Below, in pieces: positions 11,700 through 24,924 of a stretch of 64,000 bases of DNA. This DNA comes from Octopus vulgaris. Lineage: Eukaryota. The notes beneath the pieces are model-generated. The model worked only from the letters and a program-made list of their open reading frames with translations, was not told where the DNA came from and ran no database searches. Location: positions 2,914,001 to 2,978,000 of the forward strand of contig OX597815.1 in assembly GCA_951406725.2 (NCBI GenBank), written 5' to 3'. The position numbers were made by a program, and so were the translations under genes. The first letter of the stretch is position 1, and each line of letters starts with the position of its first letter.

Positions 11700-13815
11700 T
11701 GTTACTTGAAGCATTTGACGAAAATAATAGGGGGATATAACGACATATAATGTGGAGGAAAACTGGAGCTTCTTACAGGACAACTGACCAAATCTGTGGT
11801 TGGTGCAAAGTCCCTTCTTGACCTAAGGTGACATAGTGATGGGATAGTGTAGTTGACAGGGTCATTAGAGGAAAAAAAAAAGACCTGGAAGGACTGGAAG
11901 TGTGGTGGTAGCAGGGAACTGTATCAGATCACCAGAAGGGAAGCTAGGGGGCTGGTATATTTCGCCAGGTGAGAAACAGAAAAGAAGTTTGCCAATGTTC
12001 TGTGATGTGAGGACTTGAAGTGTTTTGGATTGCAAAACAGTATGTGAGAGAAAATCGTGATGTCATAGCAGAGAAATGTGTCTGCATGGATGATGGTTCA
12101 CTTGCTTTTAATGAGTCTGCAAAGAAAGAGGCTTGGAAACGCCATTATGAAAGGCTGCTTCATGTGAAGAATGAATGGGAGGAGGTGAGACTGATGAATG
12201 TAGACCCGACTGAAGGACCAGCTATCCAGATCAACAGTAGCTTCTTAGATAAAGCAATTAAGGATATGAAGTCAGGGAAAGCCCCTGGCCCATCAGGAAT
12301 CACCGTTGAGATGCTTAAAATATCTGGTGGAGTAGGATATGGCCTAGTCACCTGTATTGTTAATAAGGTTGTCCTTGAAGGAATCATGCCCAACGGTTGG
12401 TGTAGCAGCATCATAGTCAACTGCTACAAAGTCAAAGGTGATGCTGTGGACAGGAATAATTATAGAGGCATCAAATTGCTGGACCAGGTGATGAAAGTCA
12501 TAGAAATGGTCATAGCTCAATTAATTAGGGAGAGATTAATTAGATGCAGTTCAGATTTCTGCCAGGCTGGAGCATGAATGATGTTATATATAAGGCGGTG
12601 AGCTGGCAGAAACGTTAGCACGATGGGCAAAATGCTTAGCGGTATTTCTGAGTTCAAATTCCGCCGAGGTCGACTTTGCCTTTCATCCTTTCGGGGTTGA
12701 TAAATTAAGTACCAGTTACGCAATGGGGTCGATATAATCGACTTAATCCCTTTGTCTGTCCTTGCTTGTCTCCTCTGTGTTTAGCCCCTTGTGGGTAGTA
12801 AAGAAATAGAATGATGCTATATTCTTGGTTAGGCAACTGCAGTAGAAATATTTAGTCAAATGACAGGGTCTCTTGCTCCCTTATCTGGTTAGTAAAAGCA
12901 GTACAAGCCATGTACAGTAAGGTGAAGGATAGCAATGAGTATAGCAATGAAGTCAGCGTACAGGCAAGAGTTCACCAAGGTTCTCTTCTCAGCATCTTTA
13001 GTCCTCCAGGCCTTAACAGAGGAATTCAAGTCCAGCTGAGAGCTCCACTACACTGATGACCTTGTTCTTATAGCTGAATCACTACCTGACCTAAAGAAGA
13101 CATTTCAGGTGAGGAAATGAAGTCTGGAATCTAAGGGCCTTGGGGTTCACTGGGCAAAACCCGAAATCCTAGTGAGTAGAAAAACAGACAAATCGCAAAT
13201 CCTTTCTGGGCTCTGTTCAGTAGGCAAGAAGGGAGTTGGTAGAACCCCCATACTTTGGATCCAGTTCAAGCTTTGGACATGTAAGAGTTTTAGTGGCATC
13301 ACAGGAAGGTTAACGGAAAACATAGTCTTTGTGTGTGGCAGATGTGCAGGTACAATAAGCACTAAAAATGCACAGACAGTAGACTCCCTCAAATGCTCGG
13401 GGGGTGAGGGTGGGGCATTAGAAGTAGCAGATAGCTTCTGTTACCTTGGTGACCAAGTTAGCAGCAGTAGAGGAAGAAGTTCTGAACACATAGCTGTTCG
13501 AATAAGAACAAGCCGGGCAAAGTTCAGAGAGCTTCTGCCTCTGTTGGTAACCAAGGGCTTCTCTCCTCCAGGGTGAAAGGCAGATTGTATGATGCCTGTC
13601 TACGTACAGCTATGTTGCATGGCAGTAAAACATGGGCTTTGACTACAGAGGACTTGTGAAGGCTTTAAAGAAATGAGGCCAGCATGTTCCACTTGGATGG
13701 GTAATGTCAGTGTGAATGCACGACAGAGTGTAAATGAGTTGAGAGAAAAACTGGGTATAAAAGGCATCGGATGTTGTTCAACAGGGAAGACGGACGTTAA
13801 ACGATGATGATGACT
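11700..13815 (+). mobile_element. RTE-clade LINE fragment, interrupted by SINE A (12593-12810)
   Basis: KAIKDMKSGKAPGPSGITVEMLK, NYRGIKLL, Y(H)TDDL and DSFCYLGD RT motifs, (GAT)n tail. The SINE is flanked by a target duplication GAATGATG(T/C)TATAT. Confidence 0.9.
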
Positions 13816-13869
13816 TATGAATTCAAAGCAGTACAAGTGTTGTAAACATTATCAACCACACATAATCAG

Positions 13870-14360
13870 TGTATGTGTTTTGCTTGCTTGCTGCAGTGCA
13901 GGGCTCTGGGGATGACTCCCTCTTCATCGCACTGGGTGTTCAAACACCTGAAACTCATAGACAGGTGAGATAACTGACCCCTAGTCCCATCCAGGAGAAA
14001 TGGATACCGATATTTTGTCAACATCCTGTACAAGACCCAAACTGGAACAAACCAATTCCTCAGTTTATGACTGTAACCATTTCGAATAAGAACCATTTTT
14101 GCTGGTAATTCCATGACAAAGAATACACCGGATGAAGCTCTTCCATAATTGAAGTGAATCTTAAATAGATTTCTGGTGACACACAATTTCACAGAAGTCG
14201 TGATCCAGCAGTTCTACCATAGGTGCTGGACGTTTTACATGTGTCTTTCTGATGCTTCTGTTCCATTGTGACACTCATACATCTATACAAGATGCTTTCT
14301 CAAGACAAATACCACAGTTTATCAGGCTTTCTCTTAGTATAGCCACATTAAGTAAGATCT
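13870..14360 (-). mobile_element. Possible Penelope-like RT C-terminal fragment
   Basis: VLIRNGY motif (LxxNGYP-like). Degenerate. Confidence 0.35.
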
Positions 14361-16077
14361 ACAGATTGATATATCATCGTCATCATTGTCCATCTTCCAT
14401 GCTGGCATGGATTGACTGAGAACTGGTAAGCCAGGGGGTTGCACCAGGTTCCATTCTGATTTGGCAAGGTTTCTGTAGCTGGATTCCCTTCCTAACACCA
14501 ACAACTCCGAGAGTGTAGTGGGTGCTTTTTACGTGCCACTGGCACAGGTGCCATTGACCTGACACTGGCACCAGCCATGACTACAGTCTCACTTGCCATT
14601 CAAGAATTTGAACCTGGAGATCTCCATTTCCAGCGACTTCGAGGGCCATCTCCGAGTGGTGTCGGGCGTCAACGAAGAGCCCTCGACTACAACAAGACAA
14701 CCAAAGTTTTTTTTTTTTTCAAGGTCTGGGGTCACCCGCCCCTAAGCCCTAGACCATCACCTAATCACCCTTACCCATCTTGTTACTTAACAACAACAAC
14801 AATCTCACTTGGCTTGGCAGGTCAACACAAGTATGGTATATCGCCAAGGATTTTGGTCACCTCTCACTGCCTCCATGAGGCCCAATGCTCGAATGGTGCT
14901 TTTTACATGCCACCAGCACCAGTGCTAGTCAGACAGCACTGGCACTGGCCATGGCCACGATTTCACTTACTTCGACAGGTTTTCACAAGCACAGCATATT
15001 GCTTAATGATTGTATTGCTTTCCCAGTGGGTCTACAGTTGAGAGAGGGTGGTTGATTTATAATCTGATATTAGGGGTAACATATGAAAGAAGGGTTCAGA
15101 ACAAAACAGCTTGCAAGATTAAGATTTCTTTTGATTAAGTTGGGTTACAGTGGAGAGGAAGGTGACTTTATGCTGGGTGACGAGAGATGAAATGATGGAA
15201 GCAGGCGCCAGAAGATGTTTCTTGCTGTAGAGGAATTGCATGGCTCCAACTGTTTAAAAGAAGAGAATGAGAAGAAAGAGGGACTCTTAAATGTTTTGAT
15301 TAAAAACTCTGACATAAATTTGTTCTAAAAAAGCTGTTGTTGGCTAATTTTTCCCGACAACGACAACAGCTAAAACAGCAGTGGAGACGCAATGGCCCAA
15401 TGGTTAGAGCAGTGGACTCATGGTTGGAGGATCGCAGTTTCGATTCCCAGACCGGGTGTTGTGTGTGTTTATTGAGCGAAAACACCTAAAGCTTGACAAG
15501 GCTCCGGCAGGGGGTGGTGACAACTTCTGTTGTACTCTTACGCTCTAACTTTCTCTCACTCTTTCTTCCTGTTTCTTGTCCCCGACTTCCTACATAACCG
15601 CTGAGCCTGGATGCACATTCATCCATCCGTCGATGCTCTCAGTGTCGGGGGTTGACCTGCTCTCTCTTCTGCGGGTCTTACGAATAGCAAAAGACCACAT
15701 TTCAGACTTCTCCCACTACAGAGGCACGATCTTGCGAGCTCTGGGATGAAGATCGCTTCACCTCAACAAACAAATAGCAACAACAAATACACTCAGCTTT
15801 CTTGATATCTCTGTTTCTTTATCATTGACCTGATTTTCATGCTTAATTCTAACCTTTAATGACCCCAGAAAAAATTAAATAATGAACGGGTTAATTGCAA
15901 GAACACAAACTCTCTCAGCTGATTACAAGACTGATTCTGATTAGGCAGACACTAAATATTTGGGAATCATTACAAATCAAACTAAAGAGTTTTATTGTGT
16001 TGAAGCAGCTTTATCAAATTAATTTGACCTTGTTAGAAGTAATAATTAATTTGACCTTTTTTTTTTTTAATTACCAT

Positions 16078-16410
16078 AGGCGCAGGAGTGGCTGTGTGGT
16101 AAGTAGCTTGCTAACCAACCACATGGTTCTGGGTTCAGTCCCACTGTGTGGCATCTTGGGCAAGTGTCTTCTGCTATAGCCCCGGGCTGACCAATGCCTT
16201 GTGAGTGGATTTGGTAGACGGAAACTGAAAGAAGCCTGTCGTATATATGTATATATATGTATGTGTGTTTGTGTGTCTGTGTTTGTCCCCCTAGCATTGC
16301 TTGACAACTGATGCTGGTGTGTTTACGTCGCCGTTACTTAGCGGTTCGGCAAAAGAGACTGATAGAATAAGTACTGGGCTTACAAAGAATAAGTCCCGGG
16401 GTCGATTTGC
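16078..16410 (+). mobile_element. tRNA-derived SINE family B; copies at about 27297, 33385-33780, 42463-42870, 44345-44745, 46870-47260 (+) and 49750-50040, 57470-57840 (-)
   Basis: GGCGCAGGAGTGGCTGTGTGGTAAGTAGCTTGC...GGTTCAGTCCC head, CTTGGGCAAGTGTC core, internal (TA/TG)n. Confidence 0.85.
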
Positions 16411-17667
16411 TCCTGCGCCTTGTTTCATTTCTTTTTACTCTTCACAACTCTCCTGCATTCATGGCTCACATTTCACTTCCATGTAGCATTGCTGTTCATG
16501 CATAACCACCAAGCAATCTGCCTTTCGTTCTCTTTTGTAATATTTCGTTGCAAACAGAGGTAACCAACCTTGACATCCATTTAGTCTTCTGATCAAACCC
16601 AGAATCATTTCACTTATTGCCTACCCTTCTTTCATCTCCACCCACACTTCTCATTGATCACACATACACCCTAAATGATTTGCTAAATTATTTTCCCTCC
16701 TCCTCTCTCTTCCTGAAACCTAAATGTCATTTCTCTCTCCCTCCCTCCATCTCTCTCATCTGCTGTATAATCATTACTATTCTGCTGTTTGGAACTGACA
16801 GTCATCTCCTACTCTCCCTAACTCATGCATCATTGATCATCCAACCTTCAATCCTAACCAATTAACAGTGGTTGCCTACCTCTCCTTCCCCACACTTCTC
16901 ACTCTTCCCATTGTCTCCTTCAACCTCCCACAATCCTGGTCCTCTGTCCCCACATGTTTCTACCCACTTGTACCATAAGGGTCTACCCTGACACGGCATC
17001 ATTATTCTTAGCTCTTCCCACCTCCACCCATTCATTCCTCTTCTTTCTTCTAAAATGTAATGGCTGCTCCTCAACCGCAAGACACCTCTTCTCTCCTGGC
17101 TCTTCCTCTCTTCCTTTTACTCCTCATCTCCTCGTGTAAAGCTCTCCTCTTAGGGTTTCCAGTCTTACAAGTTGCATGGTGACCTCACCAGTGCTGGAGG
17201 CACAGCCGCTATACACTGCTGAGACCCCCTTCAGTCATGACTGACCATGGGATTGCACCTAGAAAGTTACCCTCCCAGGCACAAGTCCAGGCAAGGTTGT
17301 TTATGGAAGGCCAGCAGTCACCCCTGCATATCAGCCTCCCCTCTCCACACCACTGATGTTATCCAAGGGAAAAGCAAAGGCCGATACAGCTTGGCACCTG
17401 TGATGTTGCAAGTGTCTTACTCAAGAACACAACACACAGCCCGGTCCGGGATTCAAACTCACAACCTCACGATCATAAGCTTGATGCTCTAACCACTGAG
17501 CCACGTGCCTTCACAGCACAACCACTATACACTGCAAAATGGTTGGTTCAAAAAGGGATCCTGCTGTAGAAGCCATGCCAAAGCAGACATTGGACTTTGG
17601 TGCAGTTCTTGGTCCCAATGGAACCTGTCCTACTGTCTAACCTATATCAGCACAGTACTTGGACATT

Positions 17668-17800
17668 AGATGATGATGATGATGAAGAAGAAGATGATGA
17701 TGATGAAGAAGAAGATGATGATGATGAAGAAGAAGAAGATGAAGATGATGATGAAGAAGATGATGATGAAGAAGAAGATGATGAAGATGATGATGATGAT
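17668..17800. repeat. (GAT/GAA)n compound microsatellite, expanded retroposon tail
   Basis: Seen directly. Confidence 0.95.
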
Positions 17801-18059
17801 GGGGGGGAGCGGGGGTAATGGCTCCTTGGACTTTCTTAAGGTTTTTTTTTACTTTGGCTAGCATGCGTTCAGAACATGCTCTTCCATGCCAAATCAGTTG
17901 CCTAGGTAACCGGAACTATCTCTTACCTGCAAGAATCCTTCAGGGCGTTTGAGAAACTGTTTCCTCTGTTCCTTGGTTTACAACCCTTGTGCATCTGCCA
18001 CATAAAAACCCTGCTCTCATTCTACCGCCTCTCATGTGACCATAGTTTGAATTAAACAG

Positions 18060-19140
18060 TGGAGGCATCTGGCTTGGTTGTTACGATATTTGGCTTACAA
18101 TCATGAGGTTGTGAGTTCAATTTCCGTTGGTGGGTTGAGTCCTTGAGCAAGACACTCTATCGCACATTATCCCAGTCTACTCATCATCATCATCGTTTAA
18201 CGTCCGTTTTCCGCGCTAGCACGGGTTGGACGGTTCGACCGGGGTCTGGGAAGCCAGGGGCTGCACCAGGCTCCAGTCTGATCTGGCAGAGTTTCTACAG
18301 CTGGATGCCCTTCCTAATGCCAACCACTCCGTGAGTGTAGTGGGTGCTTTTTACGCGCCACCTGCACAGGTGCCAGGGGGTGTCCGGCATCGGCCACAAT
18401 CGGTTGGAGCTTTTAACGTGCCACCGGCACTGAAGCCAGCCAAGGCGGCGATGGCAACGGCCACGTTCGGATGGTGCTTTTTATGTGCCACTGGCACAGG
18501 TGGCAAAAATGAAGACTATCAGTAATTCAAAGGGGGTCAGCCTTGTCGCTTTCTGTGTCACTCTGTATCTCCCTGAGAACTACATTACAGGTTATGTATG
18601 TCTGTGGACATTAAGGGTGTGTATGTCATAAAGCAGTGAGCTGGCAGAAACGTTAGCACGCCGGGCGAAATGCGTAGCCGTATTTCGTCTGCCGTTACAT
18701 TGAGTTCAAATTCCGCCGAGGTCGACTTTGCCTTTCATCCTTTTCGGGATCAATTAAATAAGTGCCAGTTACGTGCTGGGATCGATATAATCGACTTAAT
18801 CCATTTGTCTGTCCTTGTTTGTCCCCTCTGTGTTTAGCCCCTTGTGGGTAGTAAAGAAATAGGTATTTCGTCTGTCTTTACGTTCTGAGTTCAAATTCCG
18901 CCAAGGTCGACTTTGCTTTCATCCTTTCGGGGTTGATTAAATAAGTACCAGTTATGCACTGGGGTTGATATAATCGACTTAATCCGTTTGCCTCTACTCG
19001 TTTGTCATTTCTGTGTTTAGCACCTTGTGGGTAGTGAAGAAATAGGTATGTATGTCTGTGGAGTACTCAGCCACTTACATGTTAATTTCATGAGCAGGCT
19101 GAATCACTTGGAACCCACATTGTCATAACTGATGGCGTGC
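18060..19140 (+). mobile_element. tRNA-derived SINE (family E) with nested RTE-tail repeat (18181-18500) and SINE A dimer (18632-19045)
   Basis: tRNA-like head at 18060; the body resumes after each insertion (GTATGTCTGTGGA duplicated). Related heads at 17440-17515 (-), 29110 and 57244. Confidence 0.7.
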
Positions 19141-19199
19141 CAGTTAAGCTTACCATTAGGGATATCTAATTAGCCTTTTTTTTAATATCAAGCAAATCC

Positions 19200-20175
19200 A
19201 TTTCCCTGAAGGCAGAAAGGGCCCTATCTGCTTTTCTTGCATCTTTGTTATGAAGGGACGTGACCTTGTGGTTGAAGTATTTGACTCCAGATCATAATGT
19301 TGTTGGCTCACTTCCTGACCCAAGTAGTGTATTCTGTCCTTGAGAAGGCACTTAAGTGTGATGATGTCCTGGGAGAAACCCTAGGCTTCAACGAAGATCA
19401 ACTGGCCAGCCTGTTCCAAAGAACATTCAGTCCGGGGCCTATGGATAATTACCAAAAGTCCCTGGCCTGGCAATGTTACAGAGGAGCTTTACCGGTTCAA
19501 GATAAGCTCTTTAGACATGGGTGTGCACGTTCGCTGGTTTGTGCAAGATGTAAGCGGGACAGTGAAGCTGTCCTGCATGCGATTGTGCAATGCCCCAAGG
19601 TGACTGAACTCTGGGCTTATGTCAAACATCTGCTGTTACATTCGAGAAGAGTACAACTGTCGAACGAATCTATAATAAAGATAGTTCCACCAACCTCCCT
19701 GAATAGGGAGGATCGAGCCTGTTTTCTTTCGGTAGTTGCTATGGCGAAAGAAGTAGTATGGAAGACGAGAGTAAAAGGAATTGCAACAGGCATGTTTATC
19801 TCCAGTCTCGAGCTAATCGACTTTTTCGTTTTCCACATGAAACGGAAAATAAGGCTGGAGAAGAAATGCCTGTCGCAAAGTGTGTATCGTAAAAGATGGA
19901 AGTCTATAGCAAGTATGTTGCGAGTGAAAGAACCTGTTTAATCAAGAATGTAAAAAAAGGAGAAAGCAAAGTCTTCAGTGTGAGTATGTGGTTTGTGGGG
20001 TCGACCGCGTCCTCCGCTTCATTTTTTGTTAATCACTCATTCTCATTTAATTGTATATATTTTAATTGTTCGTTTATTCATACGTTTTGTCTCATTCGAT
20101 ACCCTGACCCCAATGTTTGTTTTGTCTGTCCTCATATCGTCCCCTCTTTTTCTCAATCTTATGGGGAATAAAGAA
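19200..20175 (+). mobile_element. L1/Tx1-clade LINE 3' end (zf-RVT zinc-binding region)
   Basis: ORF 19297-19941 with LPVQDKL..HG....CARC....E...HA...CP, then a T-rich 3' UTR and AATAAA before a (CT)n run. A related decayed piece lies at about 37230-38180. Confidence 0.85.
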
Positions 20176-20189
20176 ATTCTCTCTCTCTC

Positions 20190-22200
20190 TCTCTCAGTGA
20201 TGCTGGATCAAAGTATGGTGGCAGGGTTGAGAGGGTGTCCATGTCTGCTTGTAATACAAACACTTAAAACAATTGGTAAAAGTATGGGCTCTGTTACCAA
20301 ACAGACCCCTTCACCATTGAGGGTGGGCTATTTTTATTTTTGATTCCATGTTCTTTTCTAATTCTAGTTCACATCTTGCCCCCGGAACAATGTCCTCAGC
20401 CCATAGGGATTCTCATGAACATCCTGACTTACACTCCTCTGTTATGACCTGGACAACTATGATGAGTTAAAGGGGGCTGAGCACCAAGTCCTACCTTCAC
20501 AATGAATTCTTTGCTGTGCTTGATGCTAACCCTCATCTTGCTGACAGCACCTCTGTACAGGGCATGCCTGGCTTTCGTTAATTTGATGATGGGCACCATG
20601 TGAGCGTGATCGTTGACAGAGCGGCTAACTGGCTTCTGTGACAGTGGCACGTAAAAGGCACCTTACTGGCACTTGTGCCCCGTGCTAAGAGCACCACTTG
20701 AGCGTGATCGTTGCCAGAGTGGCTAACTGGCTTCCGTGCCGGTAGCATGAAGGAGGCACCATTCGAGCGGGAACGTTACCAGCATCGCCTTACTGGCACC
20801 TGTGCTGTTGGCATGTGTAAAAAAAAAAAAAAAAATTCGACCGAGGTCATTGCCAGTTCCGCCTGACTGGCCCCCGTGCCAGTGACATGTAAAAGCACCC
20901 ACTACACTCTTGGAGTGGTTAGCGTTAGGAAGGGCATCCAGCTGTAGAAACTCTGCCAGATCAAGACTGGAGCCTGGTGCAGCCATCTGGTTCGCCAGCC
21001 CTCAGTCAAAATCGTCCGACCCATGCTAGCATGGAAAGTGGACGTTAAACGATGATGATGATGATGATTTGTCTACACCAAGTTACTTTAGCAACCACCA
21101 GAGCACTGAGGGACTTTGCAAAAGACTTTCTCCCGGCTGATGAATGCTAAGCACAGTGGCTTACTCTTAGCTAAATACTTTTGCCGTCACCTTACTTGCG
21201 AGAGAGCATCAGTAATACCTTTTCCTCATACAAAACTGTATCCCATCTAGTCTAATTATGCTCCTAATTAATTGAGCTATAACTCTTTCCATGACTTTCA
21301 TGACCTCTGTAATTACGCCTCATTAAGGTGTCTCCTTTACCCCTGTAACAGGTGGCTATGGTGCTGCTACACCAGTCATTGGGTTTCACATTCACCTGTT
21401 CAATTCGATTGACTATAGGAATGACTAGGTTGTATCTTTCTCTGCCAGATATTATAAGTGTCTCAGAAGTTATTCTTGACACACCTGGGGCTTTCCCTGT
21501 CTTCATATCTTTAATTGCTTTATCTATTATACTGCTGTCAATTTTAATGATTGGTCCCTCAGTTGGGTCCACATTGGAAAGTCTCCCCTTCTCTCATTCA
21601 TTCACCACAGTTAGTGGCATTTCATAGTAGCATTTCCATGCCTCTTTCTTCTCAGAATCATTAATTGCAGGTGTGCCATTGTCTACCTGTATACTTTTCT
21701 CATTCAGTGTGATCGCTGACGGAGCGGCTAACCGGCTTCTGTGCCAGTGGCACGTAAAAGGCACCATTCGAGTGTGATCATTACCAGCATCGCCTTACTG
21801 GCACTTGTGCCGTTGGCATGTGTAAAAAGATTCGAGCGAGGTCGTTGCCAGTACCGCCTGACTGGCCCCCATGCTGGTGGCACGTAAAAGCACTCACTAC
21901 ACTCTTGGAGTGGTTGGCATTAGGAAGGGCATCCAGCAGCAGAAACTCTGCCAGATCAAGATTGGAGCCTGGTGCAGCCATGTGGTTCGCCAGCCCTCAG
22001 TCAAACCATCCAACCCGTGCTAGCATGGAAAGCGGACGTTAAACGATGATGATGATGATCTTAATGATCTCTGTTGCTCTATCTTGCAGCCTGGATCACC
22101 ACATGATGTTCGTCCCGATGCTGTGGTGCAACATTGGCAAACTTCTTACTTTCTCTGTCTTGTTAAATAAACCTGTTACTTAGCTGTCTTTCCGGTTCCC
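20190..22200 (-). mobile_element. RTE LINE fragment interrupted by two RTE-tail repeats (20590-21068, 21705-22060)
   Basis: MDPTEGPIIKID...KAIKDMKTGKAPG...NYRG, the same family as 11700-13815. Confidence 0.8.
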
Positions 22201-22719
22201 TGATACAATTCTTTGCTCCCCAGTTTTTCCAACCCCCTACAAGTATGTCCCTTTTCTTTTATGGTTCTGTCTACCGTTCCACCACCATGGAACAGCAGAC
22301 AGAACTGTTTGACCACCATATTACCCTTTGTCTGGCTGGAACTTTGTACCAGCCACAGATTTGGTCTGTAGCCCTCAGTGGGTTGTCCCATGGGGACTTC
22401 CACCTGTCCCCTATGTTATGTGTCTCTATTATCCCCCTCCTTTGCATCAAATGCATCAACTAGAACCTTCCTAAATTTCTGATTGTTCAATAAATCTTTA
22501 ACCGTCCAGGTCTTCCATTCCCAGACCATTTTATATTTCTGAGTTCTTTTAGCTCCGAGTCTTGTGGTCGTTTATCTCTCTTCTGTTTCCTGTTGGACAT
22601 TTTTCCCGAGGGAAAGATTTTGCATTCACACCCGGCTTCTTATCCCTATTTCTCATGAGAATGTCATCGTCCATCTAGCTTGTGTCCCCACTTGATTTAA
22701 GCTTAACTGTCCTACCACT

Positions 22720-22740
22720 CACACACACACACACACTCTT

Positions 22741-22835
<95 letters not shown>
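22720..22835. repeat. (CA)n-(CT)n-(CA)n microsatellite
   Basis: Seen directly. Confidence 0.95.
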
Positions 22836-23290
22836 TACTTCCCTGACCACTTGATCCACCCAGTTCTCTGTCAAAAGTATGTCTACCCCCACCCACATCA
22901 TCACTACTACCCCCCCCCGAAAGTGTTTATAGTTTTGCTCTCTTCTTGGGATGAGTTTGGCTGAGATTCTTCTCCATCTTATCTCTTGTAAGAAGCATTC
23001 GGCTCCAGTTTTTGGTTCAAGGTGCTTCCACTGACCAGTCTCAGTGGGCCTTAAAAGAAAAAACAAGTGGGGGGGGGGACAAAAATGTTGCTTTTCCTCC
23101 TTCACTAAGCAGTAAAAGAAAAAAGTCATCTCCTAAGAATGTCATTTTCCTAACAGCTCATCCCAGCATCCAATAGCGACTCCAAAGTGTTTTGTTATGG
23201 ACACGATGCTGAAGTGCCTCTGACGGGATATGAACCTTCAACTCGTCCACTTGTTAAACTAGCACCTGACCAACTCAACCATCTCTGACT

Positions 23291-23385
23291 ATCTCTCTCT
23301 CTTTCTCTCCCTCTCCATGCCCATCTCTCTCTCTTTCTCTCCCTCTTCATGCCCCATCTCTCTCTTTCTCCCTCTCCATTCTCCA

Positions 23386-23427
<42 letters not shown>

Positions 23428-24676
23428 CCCATCTCTCTCTCTTTCTCTCCCTCTTCATGCCCCATCTCTCTCTTTCTCCCTCTCCATTCCCCATCTCTCT
23501 CTCTCTCTCTTTCTCTCCCTCTCCATGCCCATCTCTCTCTCTTTCTCTCCCTCTTCATGCCCCATCTCTCTCTTTCTCCCTCTCCATTCCCCATCTCTCT
23601 CTCTCTCTCTTTCTCTCCCTCTCCATGCCCATCTCTCTCTTTCTCTCCCTCTTCATGCCCCATCTCTCTCTTTCTCCCTCTCCATTCTCCATATCTCTCT
23701 CTCTCTCTCTCTTTCTCTCCCTCTCCATGCCCATCTCTCTCTCTTTCTCTCCCTCTTCATGCCCCATCTTTCTCTTTCTCCCTCTCCATTCCCCATCTCT
23801 CTCTCTCTCTCTTTCTCTCCCTCTCCATGCCCATCTCTCTCTTTCTCTCCCTCTTCATGCCCCATCTCTCTCTTTCTCCCTCTCCATTCCCCATCTCTCT
23901 CTCTCTCTCTTTCTCTCCCTCTCCATGCCCATCTCTCTCTCTTTCTCTCCCTCTTCATGCCCCATCTCTCTCTTTCTCCCTCTCCATTCTCCATATCTCT
24001 CTCTCTCTCTCTCTTTCTCTCCCTCTCCATGCCTATCTCTCTCTCTTTCTCTCCCTCTTCATGCCCCATCTCTCTCTTTCTCCCACTCCATTCTCCATAT
24101 CTCTCTCTCTCTCTCTCTTTCTCTCCCTCTCCATGCCCATCTCTCTCTCTTTCTCTCCCTCTTCATGCCCCATCTCTCTCTTTCTCCCTCTCCATTCCCC
24201 ATCTCTCTCTCTCTCTTTCTCTCCCTCTCCATGCCCATCTCTCTCTCTTTCTCTCCCTCTTCATGCCCCATCTCTCTCTTTCTCCCACTCCATTCCCCAT
24301 CTCTCTCTCTCTCTCTCTTTCTCTCCCTCTCCATGCCCATCTCTCTCTCTTTCTCTCCCTCTTCATGCCCCATCTCTCTCTTTCTCCCACTCCATTCCCC
24401 ATCTCTCTCTCTCTCTCTCTCTTTCTCTCCCTCTCCATGCCCATCTCTCTCTCTTTCTCTCCCTCTTCATGCCCCATCTCTCTCTTTCTCCCTCTCCATT
24501 CCCCATCTCTCTCTCTCCATCTCTCTCTCTCTCTTTCTCTCCCTCTCCATGCCCATCTCTCTCTCTTTCTCTCCCTCTTCATGCCCCATCCCTCTCTTTC
24601 TCCCTCTCCATGCCCCAACTCTCTTTCTCTCTCTCTCTCTCTCTCCTTCTCTTTCTCTCTCTCTCTCTCTCTCTCC

Positions 24677-24707
<31 letters not shown>

Positions 24708-24708
24708 C

Positions 24709-24739
<31 letters not shown>

Positions 24740-24795
24740 CTTCTCTTTCTCTCTCTCTCTCTTTATCCCCCCTCCCCCTCTCCATGCCCCCTCCC
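23291..24795. repeat. Polypyrimidine higher-order minisatellite (~100-bp trimer of ~30-35-bp subunits)
   Basis: Recurring order CTCTCCATGCCCATC / CTCTTCATGCCCCATC / CTCCATTC(C/T)CCAT separated by (CT)n. Confidence 0.95.
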
Positions 24796-24924
24796 ATTAA
24801 TAATTGTTTTAAATATCTCTTTTTTCTTTCTTTTTTTCCAGCTCTGATGAAAGTGGTCACAAGAAAGAAGTTGGTTTTACAATGAAAATCTGAGCAGTTT
24901 CTGTTACAATCTCATCTGGTTGCC

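Noticed and set aside
24844-24875. CTGATGA...GAAA in the HLCS 5' UTR as a hammerhead
   Set aside because: No closing base pair for stem II and no stem I/III complementarity.
23317-24885. 440-522 aa ORFs in all three + frames
   Set aside because: By-product of a stop-free CT minisatellite; low-complexity S/L/P/H translation with no domain.
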